DNA of 64,000 nucleotides from an uncultured Nitrososphaerota archaeon. Its GTDB lineage: Archaea; Thermoproteota; Nitrososphaeria; Nitrososphaerales; Gagatemarchaeaceae. Numbering within the stretch: position 1 is the first letter of the stretch; each line of letters starts with the position of its first letter. Of the stretch, positions 28,947 to 39,170 are shown piece after piece. The notes under the pieces are model-generated. The model was not told the DNA's origin. It ran no database searches and saw only the letters and a program-made list of their open reading frames with translations. A program made the position numbers and the translations under genes. The stretch covers positions 896,001 through 960,000 of the forward strand of contig CAVRAG010000008.1 of NCBI GenBank assembly GCA_963718895.1, written 5' to 3'.

Positions 28947-29333
28947 ATGAGCGCAGTGGAACAGGACGCAAAGACAACGGTTGAAGAGCTCCTGAAGGTG
29001 ATCTCGACGAAGAACGTCATCGCCGATCCCATCGAGGTCGGCGACAACGTGGTCATCACGATCACCAAGGTCGGTCTCGGCTTCGGGACTGGTGCAGGCG
29101 AGGGGAAGGGGGAGAAGGGCGAGGCGGGCAGCGGGAGAGGGATGGGAGGGGTGGCCGGCGTCAGCCCGGTGGCCGTGATCATCGTCCACAAGTCGATGAT
29201 GGGGCCCGAGGGCGTCGAGGTCAAGTCGCTGGTGCCGCCGAGCGCGGTCGGAAAGGCCATCGGCGAGATCGCCTCGACGATCATGGAACGGGTCGGCAAG
29301 TCAAAGCCCAAGACCGAGAAGAAAGCCGAGTAG
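28947..29333 (+). CDS. GerW/YtfJ-family protein
   Basis: NVIADPIEVGD.VVITITKVGLGFGTG...GGVAGVSPVAVI. Confidence 0.85.
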   Translation: MSAVEQDAKTTVEELLKVISTKNVIADPIEVGDNVVITITKVGLGFGTGAGEGKGEKGEAGSGRGMGGVAGVSPVAVIIVHKSMMGPEGVEVKSLVPPSAVGKAIGEIASTIMERVGKSKPKTEKKAE

Positions 29334-29417
29334 CCGGGTCGAGGAGGGAGACGGTCGCCCTTACTGCTCGAACTTCTGGCGATTGTCCTTCTCGCGTTCC
29401 TCGGCCTGATAGTTGCT

Positions 29418-29960
29418 GTGCTCCTGATCCCGTTCGAGGTCGTCTTCGAGGGGTCAAGGACCGGCTCCTCCCAGGAGAGCAGCATCGCAATCCGGTGGCT
29501 CGGCCTCACCCTCAGGCGGGTCAGACCCGGAAACCGGGCGGAGAAGCCTCGGAAGGCGAAGCCCTCAGAGGACCTGGACTCGAAGAAGACCGGGTTTGAC
29601 CCCCGTCGTCTCTGGAGGATACTCACGCTGCTCCGGGACTCGACCGCACCCCTATCGATCATCGCGAGGTCCTTCCCAAAGGCGGTCTCGGTCAGAAGGA
29701 TCTCCATCGACCTGACCTTCGGGCTCGGCGACCCGGCCGAGACTGCGCTGGCCGCAGGATACATCTGGTCGTTTGCCTGGATCCTCGACCGGTCGGCTAG
29801 GATCTCGCTGGCCGTGCACCCTGACATGGAGGCCCTCCGGCTGGACGGGTCGGTCTTTGCGCAGCTGAGGGTGAGGCTGTTCCCCCTCGTCTCAGCTTTC
29901 GTGAGGGCCTACCTGCACAGGTCCTTTCGGTCGCTGATCAGGGAGGTCAGAAGCCGGTGA
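29418..29960 (+). CDS. DUF2953 (YtfI-like) protein; frame is open upstream to ~29355
   Basis: FGLGDPAETALAAG motif; follows YtfJ. Confidence 0.75.
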   Translation: MLLIPFEVVFEGSRTGSSQESSIAIRWLGLTLRRVRPGNRAEKPRKAKPSEDLDSKKTGFDPRRLWRILTLLRDSTAPLSIIARSFPKAVSVRRISIDLTFGLGDPAETALAAGYIWSFAWILDRSARISLAVHPDMEALRLDGSVFAQLRVRLFPLVSAFVRAYLHRSFRSLIREVRSR

Positions 29961-30241
29961 TGGACGTCCAGAGGGAGACGAGGATGCAGGCGGACGCGTC
30001 CTTCACCGTGGGGGAGAGGGTCTTCTACGTCGTATGCGAGGTCTCCACCATGAAGGCCTTCGGGGGGAAGGCCGGCGGGACCATGGTCTCTCCGGCGGCC
30101 CTGCTGGTCGATGAGGGCGGACGCCTCTACTCGGTGCCCCTCGGAGCGGAGGAGATGGATGTCGAGGAGATCCTCCGCCTCGTACCATCGTTGAAGGATA
30201 AGACCCGGCCAGTTCCGGACCCTGAGCCAGGCTCAATATAG
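29957..30241 (+). CDS. Hypothetical protein (divergent YtfJ-like)
   Basis: GTMVSPAALLV; overlaps previous gene. Confidence 0.55.
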   Translation: MMDVQRETRMQADASFTVGERVFYVVCEVSTMKAFGGKAGGTMVSPAALLVDEGGRLYSVPLGAEEMDVEEILRLVPSLKDKTRPVPDPEPGSI

Positions 30242-30373
30242 GCGACCGTAGGGTGAACTAGGCTCCGGGAGGCCGACCGACCATCCGCCTTCTTTCCCAT
30301 ATCAAACAACCCCCGGTGTCATGTGAATTCTAAATTCATGTCTCTGAATTTCGGATTCGTACGGCTTGGGATC

Positions 30374-31528
30374 TCAATCAGCTCGTCCTGTCGATATGGG
30401 TGGCCCGTGCTGGCTCTGGATCTCCGCCTCGACCAGCAGTCCCCGGGGTCGTCGGCGCAAGATGAGCAGGACGAACGCGATGCCCGTTATCACCAACAGG
30501 AACTGAAAGGAGGCGATCCTCCACATCACGATCCCTGCCCACGAGGAGAACCCGAAGACGGACGAGAGGTACGACTGGACTGCGAGCTCCATTACCCCGG
30601 AGCCTCCTATGGAGATCGGTATCGCCGACATCGTGACACCCCCATAGGCTACGAGCGTAGACGATAGGAGGTCGATCTTCACGTCCGCGGCGGAGAGGAC
30701 GATCCAGAGCGACAGGCCAATCAAGATGGCCTCGACCGCGCTGAGGGCGAAGACCGCCGCTGCCAGAGGTAGCGACTCCCTGCGCAGCATCGCACGCGCC
30801 GCCACGGAGAACCCCTCGGCGCCCTTCTCGAAGGTCCTCATGAGATGGCGCGCCCTTGTCCTGCCCATCAACCGCGAGGCGACGCGGAACATCCAAGTGG
30901 GGACCCTGAGAGGACCCCTCATCGCCGGTAATAGGAAGACGACGGTGTAAGCCGCGGTCAGGAGAATCACGACGACCATGATGACAGAGCCGACGGCGAG
31001 CGCACCTCTCGAGAGCGCGTAGATCGATGCCACGAGCCCGAGGGCCGAGGCGACGTAGACCTCGGATATGAGCTCGAAGTAGCCGATCCAGAAAGCCTTG
31101 CCGACCTCTACCCCCCTCGAGTTCAGCCACGCTCCGCGCAGGAACTCTCCCCCGCTCATCGAAGGCGTCGAGAGGGCGATGAACTCGCTCGCCATTCGGG
31201 CGGTGGCGAGCCCGCTCAGGTCCTTGTGAGGGTCAACGAGCCTCGTCGCCACCAGCCTGAACCTGATTACCTGGACCAACAGCCGGCCCACGGAGACTGC
31301 CGCAGCCGCGAAGAAAGCGACGTAGCCAATCTTCTCCAAGTCCGAGAGATTCACGCCTGATAGCAACGAGATCGCCAGGATGACAGTGGTGCTCACGACA
31401 AGACCGGCGATGGCCCAGGAGACCGCCCGCTTGGGCAACCCGAGGTCGCTCGCCGAGCTGCTCCCACCCTTGCGGGCCATCCCAATCTCTCGAGCATCTC
31501 TTGTGGCACCCACCTCGCTCACCGACAC
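30374..31528 (-). CDS. UPF0104 / lysylphosphatidylglycerol synthase TM (flippase-like) protein
   Basis: TPSMSGGEFLR, IPISIGGSGVME, WR; multi-TM. Confidence 0.85.
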   Translation of the reverse strand: MSVSEVGATRDAREIGMARKGGSSSASDLGLPKRAVSWAIAGLVVSTTVILAISLLSGVNLSDLEKIGYVAFFAAAAVSVGRLLVQVIRFRLVATRLVDPHKDLSGLATARMASEFIALSTPSMSGGEFLRGAWLNSRGVEVGKAFWIGYFELISEVYVASALGLVASIYALSRGALAVGSVIMVVVILLTAAYTVVFLLPAMRGPLRVPTWMFRVASRLMGRTRARHLMRTFEKGAEGFSVAARAMLRRESLPLAAAVFALSAVEAILIGLSLWIVLSAADVKIDLLSSTLVAYGGVTMSAIPISIGGSGVMELAVQSYLSSVFGFSSWAGIVMWRIASFQFLLVITGIAFVLLILRRRPRGLLVEAEIQSQHGPPISTGRAD

Positions 31529-31941
31529 CTAGACAGTGGCTCCTCCACGGGCGCAGTCACCGGCCGCCTGGAAGGCGGCAAGGGGAAGCAGAGCCAGGGG
31601 TGCGCAACTGCGGCTGCTTGCGGCACGTGGGCCGCAAGGACGATCGGGAGACGCGAGCCCTGGTTCGCTGAACGGGATTCCAGTTCAGGCTGGGGCAGCT
31701 GGATCGACTTCTCGCCTGCCTGGCTGACATACCATCTGGGCGTCGCAGGGGCTTAAATGACTAATCTACGAATTTCTTCGCCGCCGGTTCAGAAAGATGA
31801 TTCGGGATGTGGACGAGCGCCGGCTCAATGGCTCCCGGAGTCGTCGAGGCGGGACAGGTACATTCCCGCCCACCTTGCCCGCGGGGGTCAGTAGAAGGAA
31901 CGCCCCGACCTCAGCGCGTCGGGAGGGAGCTCCGTTCGGCC

Positions 31942-32154
31942 TCAGAGTGGTTTTGGCATGACCAGCATGACCTTGGCGAACTCCTCGATGAGTTCCGCCA
32001 CCCTGTCGGCGTCCTTCTTGGTGTAGAGGGGCTTCTTCGTGATGGTGGCCAGCTCCCTTCGAAATTCGTCCCCTTTGGCGCGGACCTTTACCTGGTACTC
32101 CGACCACTCCTTCAGCTTGTTCTCCATCTCCTCTTTCGAGTGCTGTGCGACCAA
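31942..32154 (-). CDS. Hypothetical helical protein
   Basis: 70-aa charged ORF with host-like codon usage. Confidence 0.5.
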   Translation of the reverse strand: MVAQHSKEEMENKLKEWSEYQVKVRAKGDEFRRELATITKKPLYTKKDADRVAELIEEFAKVMLVMPKPL

Positions 32155-32256
32155 TGCTAATCCCCGCCGACCTTATGGGTTTCCGGTTATTTACGTGGTT
32201 TACTCTGGCGATCCTAAGCAGGTCGGAAGGAGCGAGGCAGCCCGCAAGGGAAACGG

Positions 32257-32388
32257 CTAGGGATGCGGCACAGGGACGGGGTCCGTGTCGGAGTGCAGAG
32301 CCGTGTTGTGAGCGATGAGCTCTTCCTGGGAGTTGAACGCCGCGCCGCACTGCAGGCACTTGTAGTCCGCGAAATCGGATCTCTCCAT
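32257..32388 (-). CDS. Small C2H2 zinc-finger protein
   Basis: YKCLQCGAAFNSQEELIAHNTALH. Confidence 0.7.
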   Translation of the reverse strand: MERSDFADYKCLQCGAAFNSQEELIAHNTALHSDTDPVPVPHP

Positions 32389-32634
32389 TCTCGACACCAG
32401 TGAAGGTCTTGCCCGGACTCGATAGCAGTGAAGCATCACTCTTCGCTAAGATTCCTCTGCAGGCCGCGCCTCCCCCGGACCTCGGGCAGGAGTCCTACTG
32501 AGTCCCGGCTTTCATGCCTCTGCAGGCCGCGATGGAGCTCGTCGCGTCGGAGACGATCGCTGGCGGGTCCGCTAGGGATGGACCCAGCGGCGTGCCATTG
32601 CAGCGACCTGCCCGTCGTGCCTGGCCCGAAGTAG

Positions 32635-33057
32635 CTAGGATCGTGTCTCTTCCATGTACGTGAGCATCCATTCGTTCCCGAATCTGTCGACCAGCTGGCC
32701 GTAGAGGCCGCCCCAGGACGCAGGAGCCACGGAGAACCCGACCCTTCCACCCGCCGAGAGCTTCGCAAAGAACCTCCACATCTCCTGCTCGCTGGCGCAC
32801 TCGAGAGCGAGGGCCATCGTGTTCCCCTTCAGCAGCCCTCCCTTGGGAGCCATGTCCGACCCCAGGAGCTCTATGCTCCCGCTCGTGAGGCTGGAATGGA
32901 AGACGTGGTTTGGGTTCTCGGTCGGCATATGGCTCTTCTCCGGCGACTCCGCGACGGTCATCAGAGTCAGTTCCCCTCCGATGCACTCCTTGTAGAACTG
33001 CATCGCCTCGCGGCAGTTTCCGTTGAACCTGAGGTAGGGGCTTACCCGGGTCGCCAT
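32635..33057 (-). CDS. VOC/PhnB-family protein
   Basis: PYLRFNGNCREAMQFY...WGGLYGQLVDRFGNEW. Confidence 0.9.
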   Translation of the reverse strand: MATRVSPYLRFNGNCREAMQFYKECIGGELTLMTVAESPEKSHMPTENPNHVFHSSLTSGSIELLGSDMAPKGGLLKGNTMALALECASEQEMWRFFAKLSAGGRVGFSVAPASWGGLYGQLVDRFGNEWMLTYMEETRS

Positions 33058-33244
33058 CCTCGTCTCCCTGCGCATCCTAGACTGGGTGCTCACGCCCATG
33101 ACAGAAAATCCGCTGGAACGTTAACTGTCTAATCGAAGAGAGATAGGTAGGCGGATTACATTGCGCGCCTAGGCTCCGGACAGACGATGAACGGGTGGAA
33201 GGAGCCGCTCCATCTGCTCGACTGTGGGAGATAGTCGCGCGCGG

Positions 33245-33868
33245 CTAGGCGGGGACGTAGTACGCGCCGCGGGCACACGGGCCGCAGAGAGGCATGCCGT
33301 TCACGACGATCTCCTTCCCGTCCATTATCTCGTCACCGCACTCGGCGCAGGGTACGTTCGGCACCTTCATGCGGGAGAGGAAGGGAGCGGCGCCCACCAT
33401 CGTGACCCTCTCGACGTCGAAGAGCTCCTCGGGCTTCATCTTCATGAACGCATTCTTGGATACCTTCCTGTCCAGGTGCGATCTCGGCTCCACCTCCTCG
33501 CCCTCCTTGAGCAGCCCGTCCCTGACCGCCAGGTCCCTGGCGCGCCTTGGGAGGTCCCTCTTCGTCGCCACCCTGAACCCCATCCCTGTTGTACCGTCTA
33601 AGAAGACTGCCGCCGATTTCCCGTAATCGAGGACCCTCAGCCTTCTGCTCCCGGCGCTGCAGCCGGTCGCCACCTGGATCCCGTCGACGGGACACTTGTT
33701 GTTCTCGACTATGACCATGAGGTTGGCCCTCTCTTCCGGCGCCTCCATCTTCAGGAGCCGGAGACCCTCCAAGCCCATCTTGACGCCCAGCGGGAGACCG
33801 ACGCAGAGATGTCCCCTGAGCTTCGCTGCCTCGCCGACAAGGGCGTCGAAACCATCCGATTCGATCAT
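33245..33868 (-). CDS. FmdE/FwdE-family protein with C-terminal Zn finger
   Basis: GHLCVGLPLG, CPVDGIQVATGCSAG, CAECG...CGPC. Confidence 0.88.
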   Translation of the reverse strand: MIESDGFDALVGEAAKLRGHLCVGLPLGVKMGLEGLRLLKMEAPEERANLMVIVENNKCPVDGIQVATGCSAGSRRLRVLDYGKSAAVFLDGTTGMGFRVATKRDLPRRARDLAVRDGLLKEGEEVEPRSHLDRKVSKNAFMKMKPEELFDVERVTMVGAAPFLSRMKVPNVPCAECGDEIMDGKEIVVNGMPLCGPCARGAYYVPA

Positions 33869-34047
33869 ATCCACCGGACCTCGCGAAGGAAGGGGGTTAA
33901 CTACCCTTGGGAAGAACGATGGGTCGCTCGTGGATTGAAGAGCCCCGCCTCGAAGGCATAGGCCCACGGCGGCATGCAGAGATGCAAACAATAGAATAGG
34001 ATACTCGTAAATAGAGATATGGGCTGCTTCGCCGCGTCCGGATAGCA

Positions 34048-34917
34048 TTGAAACAAGCGGATTTCGTCGAGGTGATGAACGGACTCCTCGCCAGGGGCGA
34101 GCCTTTCGCGGTCGCCACCGTCGTCAGAATCGAAGGCTCGACACTCGGCAAGCTGGGGTTCAAGACGATCATCTCGAAGGAGGGAGAGGTGCTCTGCGGG
34201 TCGCTGGGAGGCCCCTGCCCGGAGTCAGCGATAGCTGAGAAGGCCAAGGAGACGCTCAGTTCGGGAACCCCGAGGACCGTCGAGGTCTTCCTGGAGAACG
34301 TCGAGGACGCCGTCGGACGGATGGTGACGGTCCAGGACAAGGACGAGGTCCACCTCGAGACCAACTGCGGCGGGAAGATGGAGGTCTTCATCGAGCCCTA
34401 CGTCCCGCAGCAGAGGATCCTACTGGTCGGCCAGGGCGGGAGGAGCGACGTCGAGGACTCCCTTGTCAGGTTTGGGAAGATCCTCGACTTCGAAGTCATT
34501 GTCGTGGATCACAGTCCCGTCTTGACAGAGGAGCCGGACCAGCTCATCGATGATCTGGACTTTGACATCGCCGGCTTCAAGTTCTTCGAGTCCGATTCGG
34601 TGGTGGTGCTTACCCACAGCGAGAGGGACGTCGACGTCCTGCGAGCGCTCTCAGGCTTCAAGCTGAGATACGTGGGCCTCCTCGGAAGCCGGCAGAGGGT
34701 CAAGGAGAACCTGGACGCCCTGCGCTCCAGGGGAGCGGAGGAGAAGTTCGTCTCCTCAATCAGGGCCCCAGTCGGCGCTGACATCGGCGCGAGGACGCCC
34801 TCGGAGATCGCGCTCAGCATCATGGCCGAGGTCGTCGCGACGAAGTACGGGAGGAAGCTTCTCCGGAAGGACGCTGCGACGGCGGAAGGACTGGTACCCA
34901 CCAGCGGCGCAGGGTAG
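34048..34917 (+). CDS. xdhC: XdhC/CoxF-family Moco chaperone
   Basis: GSLGGPCPE, NCGGKMEVFIEP, YVGLLGSR, APVGADIGARTPSEIALSI. Confidence 0.9.
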   Translation: MKQADFVEVMNGLLARGEPFAVATVVRIEGSTLGKLGFKTIISKEGEVLCGSLGGPCPESAIAEKAKETLSSGTPRTVEVFLENVEDAVGRMVTVQDKDEVHLETNCGGKMEVFIEPYVPQQRILLVGQGGRSDVEDSLVRFGKILDFEVIVVDHSPVLTEEPDQLIDDLDFDIAGFKFFESDSVVVLTHSERDVDVLRALSGFKLRYVGLLGSRQRVKENLDALRSRGAEEKFVSSIRAPVGADIGARTPSEIALSIMAEVVATKYGRKLLRKDAATAEGLVPTSGAG

Positions 34918-34985
34918 GACCTGGCCTCACCCGGGCCATGCCGAAGAAGGTTTAACCGAACGAAGGCGCGCCCGCAGGCAGAATC

Positions 34986-35807
34986 ATGCCCAGCACACTC
35001 GTGAAAGACGCCCTTGAAGAGGTCCTCCTGAGGATTGGGAAGAAGAGGGACGAGATCAAGGTCAAGGAGCTGGTCGTTAGCGTCCTCTACACGGCTGTCA
35101 GGCTCTCCTCCGACGACATCGGCTTTGCCTCCACGCCCCTCTCTGACCTTCCGGCCGAGAGCCGCGAGTTCTTCTCCAGGGCCGGGACCCTGACCGACCT
35201 TCCCGTGGGCGAGCTCGCGGAGTTGGCCCAGTCTTGGGATTTCAGCGAGCGCGTGATAGGAATAGCCGCGCTTAACGCGCTATCGCAGCTGGCGGTCAGG
35301 ACCAGAGGTGACGACATCGTCAGGAGCTACGGGGACGTCGTGGACATGGTGAAGGTGGGGATGGGGGACACGGTTGTCGTGGTTGGGAACATGCGCCACA
35401 GCGTGGAGAAGCTCAGAGCCCGTGCGAAGCAAGTCCTGGTTCTCGAGAGAAGCGTCGGTCTCAGGGACGAGGGCTCGTATCCCGACACTGCCGGAGAAGA
35501 GGTGATCCCCAAGGGCGACCTGGTCTTCATCACCGGCGCGACCCTGTGCAACGGCACGATAGACCGCATCCTGGAGCTGAGCAGGAACGCGCGGGAAGTC
35601 GTGATGCTCGGGGCCACGGCCGGCATCTTTCCTCCGCCGGTGTTCGAGAAGGGCGGTACCGCCGTCGCCACGATGGAGATCCTTGACGCTGAGAAGGCGA
35701 TGAGAGCGATATCTCAGGGCGGCGGAAAGCCGGCGCTTATCAAGAACGCCCGTCTCGTGGTCTTCAGGCCCCGGAAGAGACTACCTCGAGCTGGCATCAG
35801 AAGCTGA
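34986..35807 (+). CDS. DUF364/DUF4213 (Rossmann-like) protein
   Basis: IGIAALNAL, ITGATLCNGTIDRIL, MLGAT. Confidence 0.85.
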   Translation: MPSTLVKDALEEVLLRIGKKRDEIKVKELVVSVLYTAVRLSSDDIGFASTPLSDLPAESREFFSRAGTLTDLPVGELAELAQSWDFSERVIGIAALNALSQLAVRTRGDDIVRSYGDVVDMVKVGMGDTVVVVGNMRHSVEKLRARAKQVLVLERSVGLRDEGSYPDTAGEEVIPKGDLVFITGATLCNGTIDRILELSRNAREVVMLGATAGIFPPPVFEKGGTAVATMEILDAEKAMRAISQGGGKPALIKNARLVVFRPRKRLPRAGIRS

Positions 35808-36154
35808 AGACGGCGTCCGCCTGCAGCATTTTCTGCCTCAGCTCCTCCCGGGATGCAACCCCGAACCCCCCGTCGAGCTCCGACTCGGATATTCCTTCTT
35901 CCTCGAGTGACTCGCTTTCCACGTAGAAGAGGTGGCCCGCTGCGTCCTTCGGGAGCAGCTCAAAGAAGTCCTGGGCGTAGGACCTGTCGACTCCCTTGAG
36001 CGCGCACATGACGCCCTTCCCGAGGTGGGCTATGGTGATGTCGTGCTCGTCGGTCCCCCCGAGGATCCCGAGCGCCATCCTGAGGCCCTCGACGTAGTAG
36101 GACGTGCCGACCGGGGGCCTGAGTATCGAGATGAAGACCTTCTTGCGCAACCAT
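35797..36154 (-). CDS. DsrF/TusC-like protein
   Basis: PPVGTSYYVEGLRMALG...ESLEEEGI. Confidence 0.75.
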
Positions 36155-36159
36155 GACAC

Positions 36160-36420
36160 CTAGAGGAAGTTTACGACCTTCTCTTCTTCCATCATCGCCA
36201 CGAGGTCCTCGTAGCCTATGATGCGGACAGAGGAGGGTATCCTCGACCCCAGGCCCCTTCGCATGACGTCTTCCTCCATGACGTACAGCTGGGCTGGCGT
36301 GCGGACACTCGTCGCTGAGTAGACGGCGTCCTGGAGGAGGACCAGTCGGGCGCCGGCGTCCCCGGCCGCGTAGGAGACCGCGACATCGACGAAGGGCTCA
36401 TCCACGAGATAGACCGTCAT
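36160..36420 (-). CDS. DsrH/TusB-like protein
   Basis: LLQDAVY...EDVMRRGL...IGYEDLV. Confidence 0.85.
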   Translation of the reverse strand: MTVYLVDEPFVDVAVSYAAGDAGARLVLLQDAVYSATSVRTPAQLYVMEEDVMRRGLGSRIPSSVRIIGYEDLVAMMEEEKVVNFL

Positions 36421-36433
36421 AGCTCGTCGGACC

Positions 36434-36787
36434 TCAAAGGTTTATGATCCTCTCGCACTTGCTGACCATCTCCCCCGCCTCGGTCGCGCCCGTCACCTGG
36501 ACCCGCTTCAGGTACCCCTTTCCGTCCTCGAGTCCCCGGTTGTCAGTGCAGGTCAGGCACGCAAAGACTTGGGCGCCTTTGTCGAGCAGGGAGTCGAAAT
36601 GGTCTTTTGGGAGCTTCTCCATCGCCGAGAAGTCCTCGGCCGAGAGCGCGTTGTACACCCCGTCCATGTAAAGGAAGACAGTGACCGTGTCCGACCTGCT
36701 CAGGGCTGCTTCGGCTATCTTGTATGCCGTCTCCCAGCGCTGGGTCTGATAGGGGCCGCGGCGGAGGACGATCCCGAAGTCGGTCAA
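36434..36787 (-). CDS. DsrE/TusD-like sulfurtransferase
   Basis: GPY...VFLYMDGVY...CLTCTDNRG. Confidence 0.85.
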   Translation of the reverse strand: MTDFGIVLRRGPYQTQRWETAYKIAEAALSRSDTVTVFLYMDGVYNALSAEDFSAMEKLPKDHFDSLLDKGAQVFACLTCTDNRGLEDGKGYLKRVQVTGATEAGEMVSKCERIINL

Positions 36788-36910
36788 ATCGACTCGAAGG
36801 GTTGAAATCCTTCGGATAAGCGTTTCCCGGAGTTGCCCGAACAGGCTGATCCCGCGCCGGGTACGGAAGAGCTGAAGAACTTCCGAATCCGGTCGAGGAC
36901 TTGATTCACG

Positions 36911-37450
36911 TTGACCAGCGAAGACGATTCAGCCGTCGAGGGCGAGCATTCTGTCTTCCTCTTCGAGCACTTCCGGGACGGGATGAGGGCCGAGGACGCG
37001 CTCATCAGCGCGGGATTCCACACCCATTCAGGCGCCCCGCCACCGGACGTGAGGACCGGCTGCGACCTTTCCGTCTCGGTGCCGACCAGCGAGACGGCAG
37101 CGGCGGAGAAGAAGCTGCTGGAGAAGGGGATCAAGGTCTGGGACGTGATCTTCAAGTTCAGCGGATCCCTGCCAGAGCTGCAAATCAGCAAGCTCGTGAA
37201 GAGGGTGGACTACGGCGACTACGTCATGATAAGGGTCGGGAACATGAAGCTCACCTATCAGAAGAAGACGGGAGTGATAGTCAACATCTCGGGCGGAGGC
37301 TGTCCGGACATCCCCCTCCTTGCAGTGAAGATGATCGGGAGGAGCCTGCAGGACGTCACGCCCCCCGCCCAGACCGGCTTCACGCTCTGCGCCTACACCC
37401 TCCAGAAAGCATACGAGGTGGCGCTCAGGCAATGGAGAGAAGGCGCCTAG
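36911..37450 (+). CDS. DUF3343 (putative S/Se carrier) domain protein
   Basis: F...GMRAE...APPPDVRTGCDL; NISGGGCPD; TLC. Confidence 0.8.
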   Translation: MTSEDDSAVEGEHSVFLFEHFRDGMRAEDALISAGFHTHSGAPPPDVRTGCDLSVSVPTSETAAAEKKLLEKGIKVWDVIFKFSGSLPELQISKLVKRVDYGDYVMIRVGNMKLTYQKKTGVIVNISGGGCPDIPLLAVKMIGRSLQDVTPPAQTGFTLCAYTLQKAYEVALRQWREGA

Positions 37451-38326
37451 ATGCTCCTACTCTCCGGGACGCTGCCTTCGGCTGACGTATCCATCACAGT
37501 CGGGCGGGTGAAGCTGGAGGGAAGGCGGATGAGCATCGGCGACACGGAGGTACCGCCGGAAATGCTCTCGATCGGCGCGACCGCGATGATGGCCGCCGCG
37601 CTGAAGACGACCGAGGCTCTCGGGGTCGAGCCTCCGATGAGTGTGGTAGCCGGGGACCTTGGCGACGGCGCCGGGTCGAAGCTGGTCTACAAGTTCCTTA
37701 CCGAGGAGGCGGGCGGTCTCGGTCCGTCGATAGTCACCCTCCACTACATACTGCCGCTCAGGAACGAGTTCCTCGGCTTCGTTGAGATGGCCGACTACTG
37801 GGCGAAGAGGCCGTTTCTGGTCGCAGACGCCGGGGCGCTTCTCATCGCCAAGGCGACGAAGGTCTGCGACAAGTTCGACCTGTTCACACCGGATGCCGGA
37901 GAGATATCCTTCCTTGCCGATCCAGATGCGGGTCACCCAGCGTACGTGAAGGCCGCACTCTTCGAGGTCGATACGACAGACGTCCCAAGGTTGATCGCGG
38001 CGGCCTACGCCGCAAAGAACACCCCGCGGTACCTTCTGGTGAAGGGGCCCACCGACTACATTGTTGAGGACGGGAAGATCCTGTTCACGGTATCGGAACC
38101 GAGCATACCGGCCCTGGAGCCAATAGGAGGGACCGGAGACACGCTGACCGGGATAGTCTCGGCACTGATATCGGGAGGGATCGACCCCATCAAGGCAGGC
38201 TTAATCGCGTCCAAGGCCAACAGGCTAGCCGGCGCGCTCTGCAATCCGACTCCCGCGACGAGGGTCTTCGAGGTCGTCGACCAAATTGAGGAAGCGGTCC
38301 GCAAAACGGTGGATGAACAGCGGTAG
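37451..38326 (+). CDS. YjeF-C/ribokinase-fold (NAD(P)HX dehydratase-like) protein
   Basis: ADAG, FTPDAGE, LVKG, IGGTGDTLTG. Confidence 0.8.
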   Translation: MLLLSGTLPSADVSITVGRVKLEGRRMSIGDTEVPPEMLSIGATAMMAAALKTTEALGVEPPMSVVAGDLGDGAGSKLVYKFLTEEAGGLGPSIVTLHYILPLRNEFLGFVEMADYWAKRPFLVADAGALLIAKATKVCDKFDLFTPDAGEISFLADPDAGHPAYVKAALFEVDTTDVPRLIAAAYAAKNTPRYLLVKGPTDYIVEDGKILFTVSEPSIPALEPIGGTGDTLTGIVSALISGGIDPIKAGLIASKANRLAGALCNPTPATRVFEVVDQIEEAVRKTVDEQR

Positions 38327-38777
38327 CCCTGATTCACAGACAGGTCCAGGCCATAGATCTACCTCAGAACGGAAACTCCCCTAGGCGTTAGTCTTGCGGG
38401 CCCTGTGAGAGAAGGACAGCCAACCAATGATGACCATGCCGGCCACCAGCACGACCGATGTCGTCAGAGCTACTTCGAAGACGCCCGGGTCGAACCCCAC
38501 CACCGCGAATGCGTAGAGGAAGACGGCCCAGGTAAGAACCCAGGACAACCGCTGTCGTGACCAAGAGAACTACAAAGCGCCGGTCTACCAACGAACTCGC
38601 AGGACGCTCCGGTCTGCTATAAGAGTTAACGTAGCATCGAAGGATGATCAGTGATTGGCTCGACATACCCATATTGCTGACCCCAACCAAGGCGCGAAAA
38701 CGCCGATTAGGGGGGTAACGTTTTTACCTTGACGAAACCGGCTCCCATATATATCAGACAATCGCTCTCCTCCATCC

Positions 38778-39137
38778 ATGGAGAAAACAGTCGCGGTAGA
38801 CGCTGAGCGAGCTGCAGCGTCGATTCCCAGCGAGAGCGGCGACTTTCAAGGGCATGCGAATCACACCGTCGACTGCAGGGATCAGCTCTGCCCGAAGCCC
38901 ATCCTGATGGTCAAGAGGTCGCTCTCAGAAGCGCTCCTCGGTGAGGTCCTCGAGGTGATAGTCAACGAGCACGTGTCCAAAGAGAACGTCCTCAAGTACT
39001 GCTGGAACCACGGTCAGGAGGTATTCAAGTCATACGAGAGCGGCCCTGACTTCCACATCTTCGTGAAGAAGTCTCCCGAGGTCAGGGTCGAGAAACCGAT
39101 GCCCGTAATAGGCCCGTGCGGCGCACGGTGGGATTGA
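38778..39137 (+). CDS. tusA: TusA/SirA-family sulfur carrier
   Basis: VDCRDQLCPKPIL (CPxP). Confidence 0.85.
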   Translation: MEKTVAVDAERAAASIPSESGDFQGHANHTVDCRDQLCPKPILMVKRSLSEALLGEVLEVIVNEHVSKENVLKYCWNHGQEVFKSYESGPDFHIFVKKSPEVRVEKPMPVIGPCGARWD

Positions 39138-39170
39138 ACACATCCGAGCGTCTCTGGAAGTGCGATAACA

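Noticed and set aside
11795-33100. Integron cassette array or CRISPR array
   Set aside because: No attC-type RYYYAAC...GTTRRRY pairs, no regular repeat-spacer periodicity, genes in both orientations, no intI or cas
35797-36787. Evidence of dissimilatory sulfur oxidation
   Set aside because: DsrEFH-like genes occur without dsrAB/dsrC; a general sulfur relay is more likely
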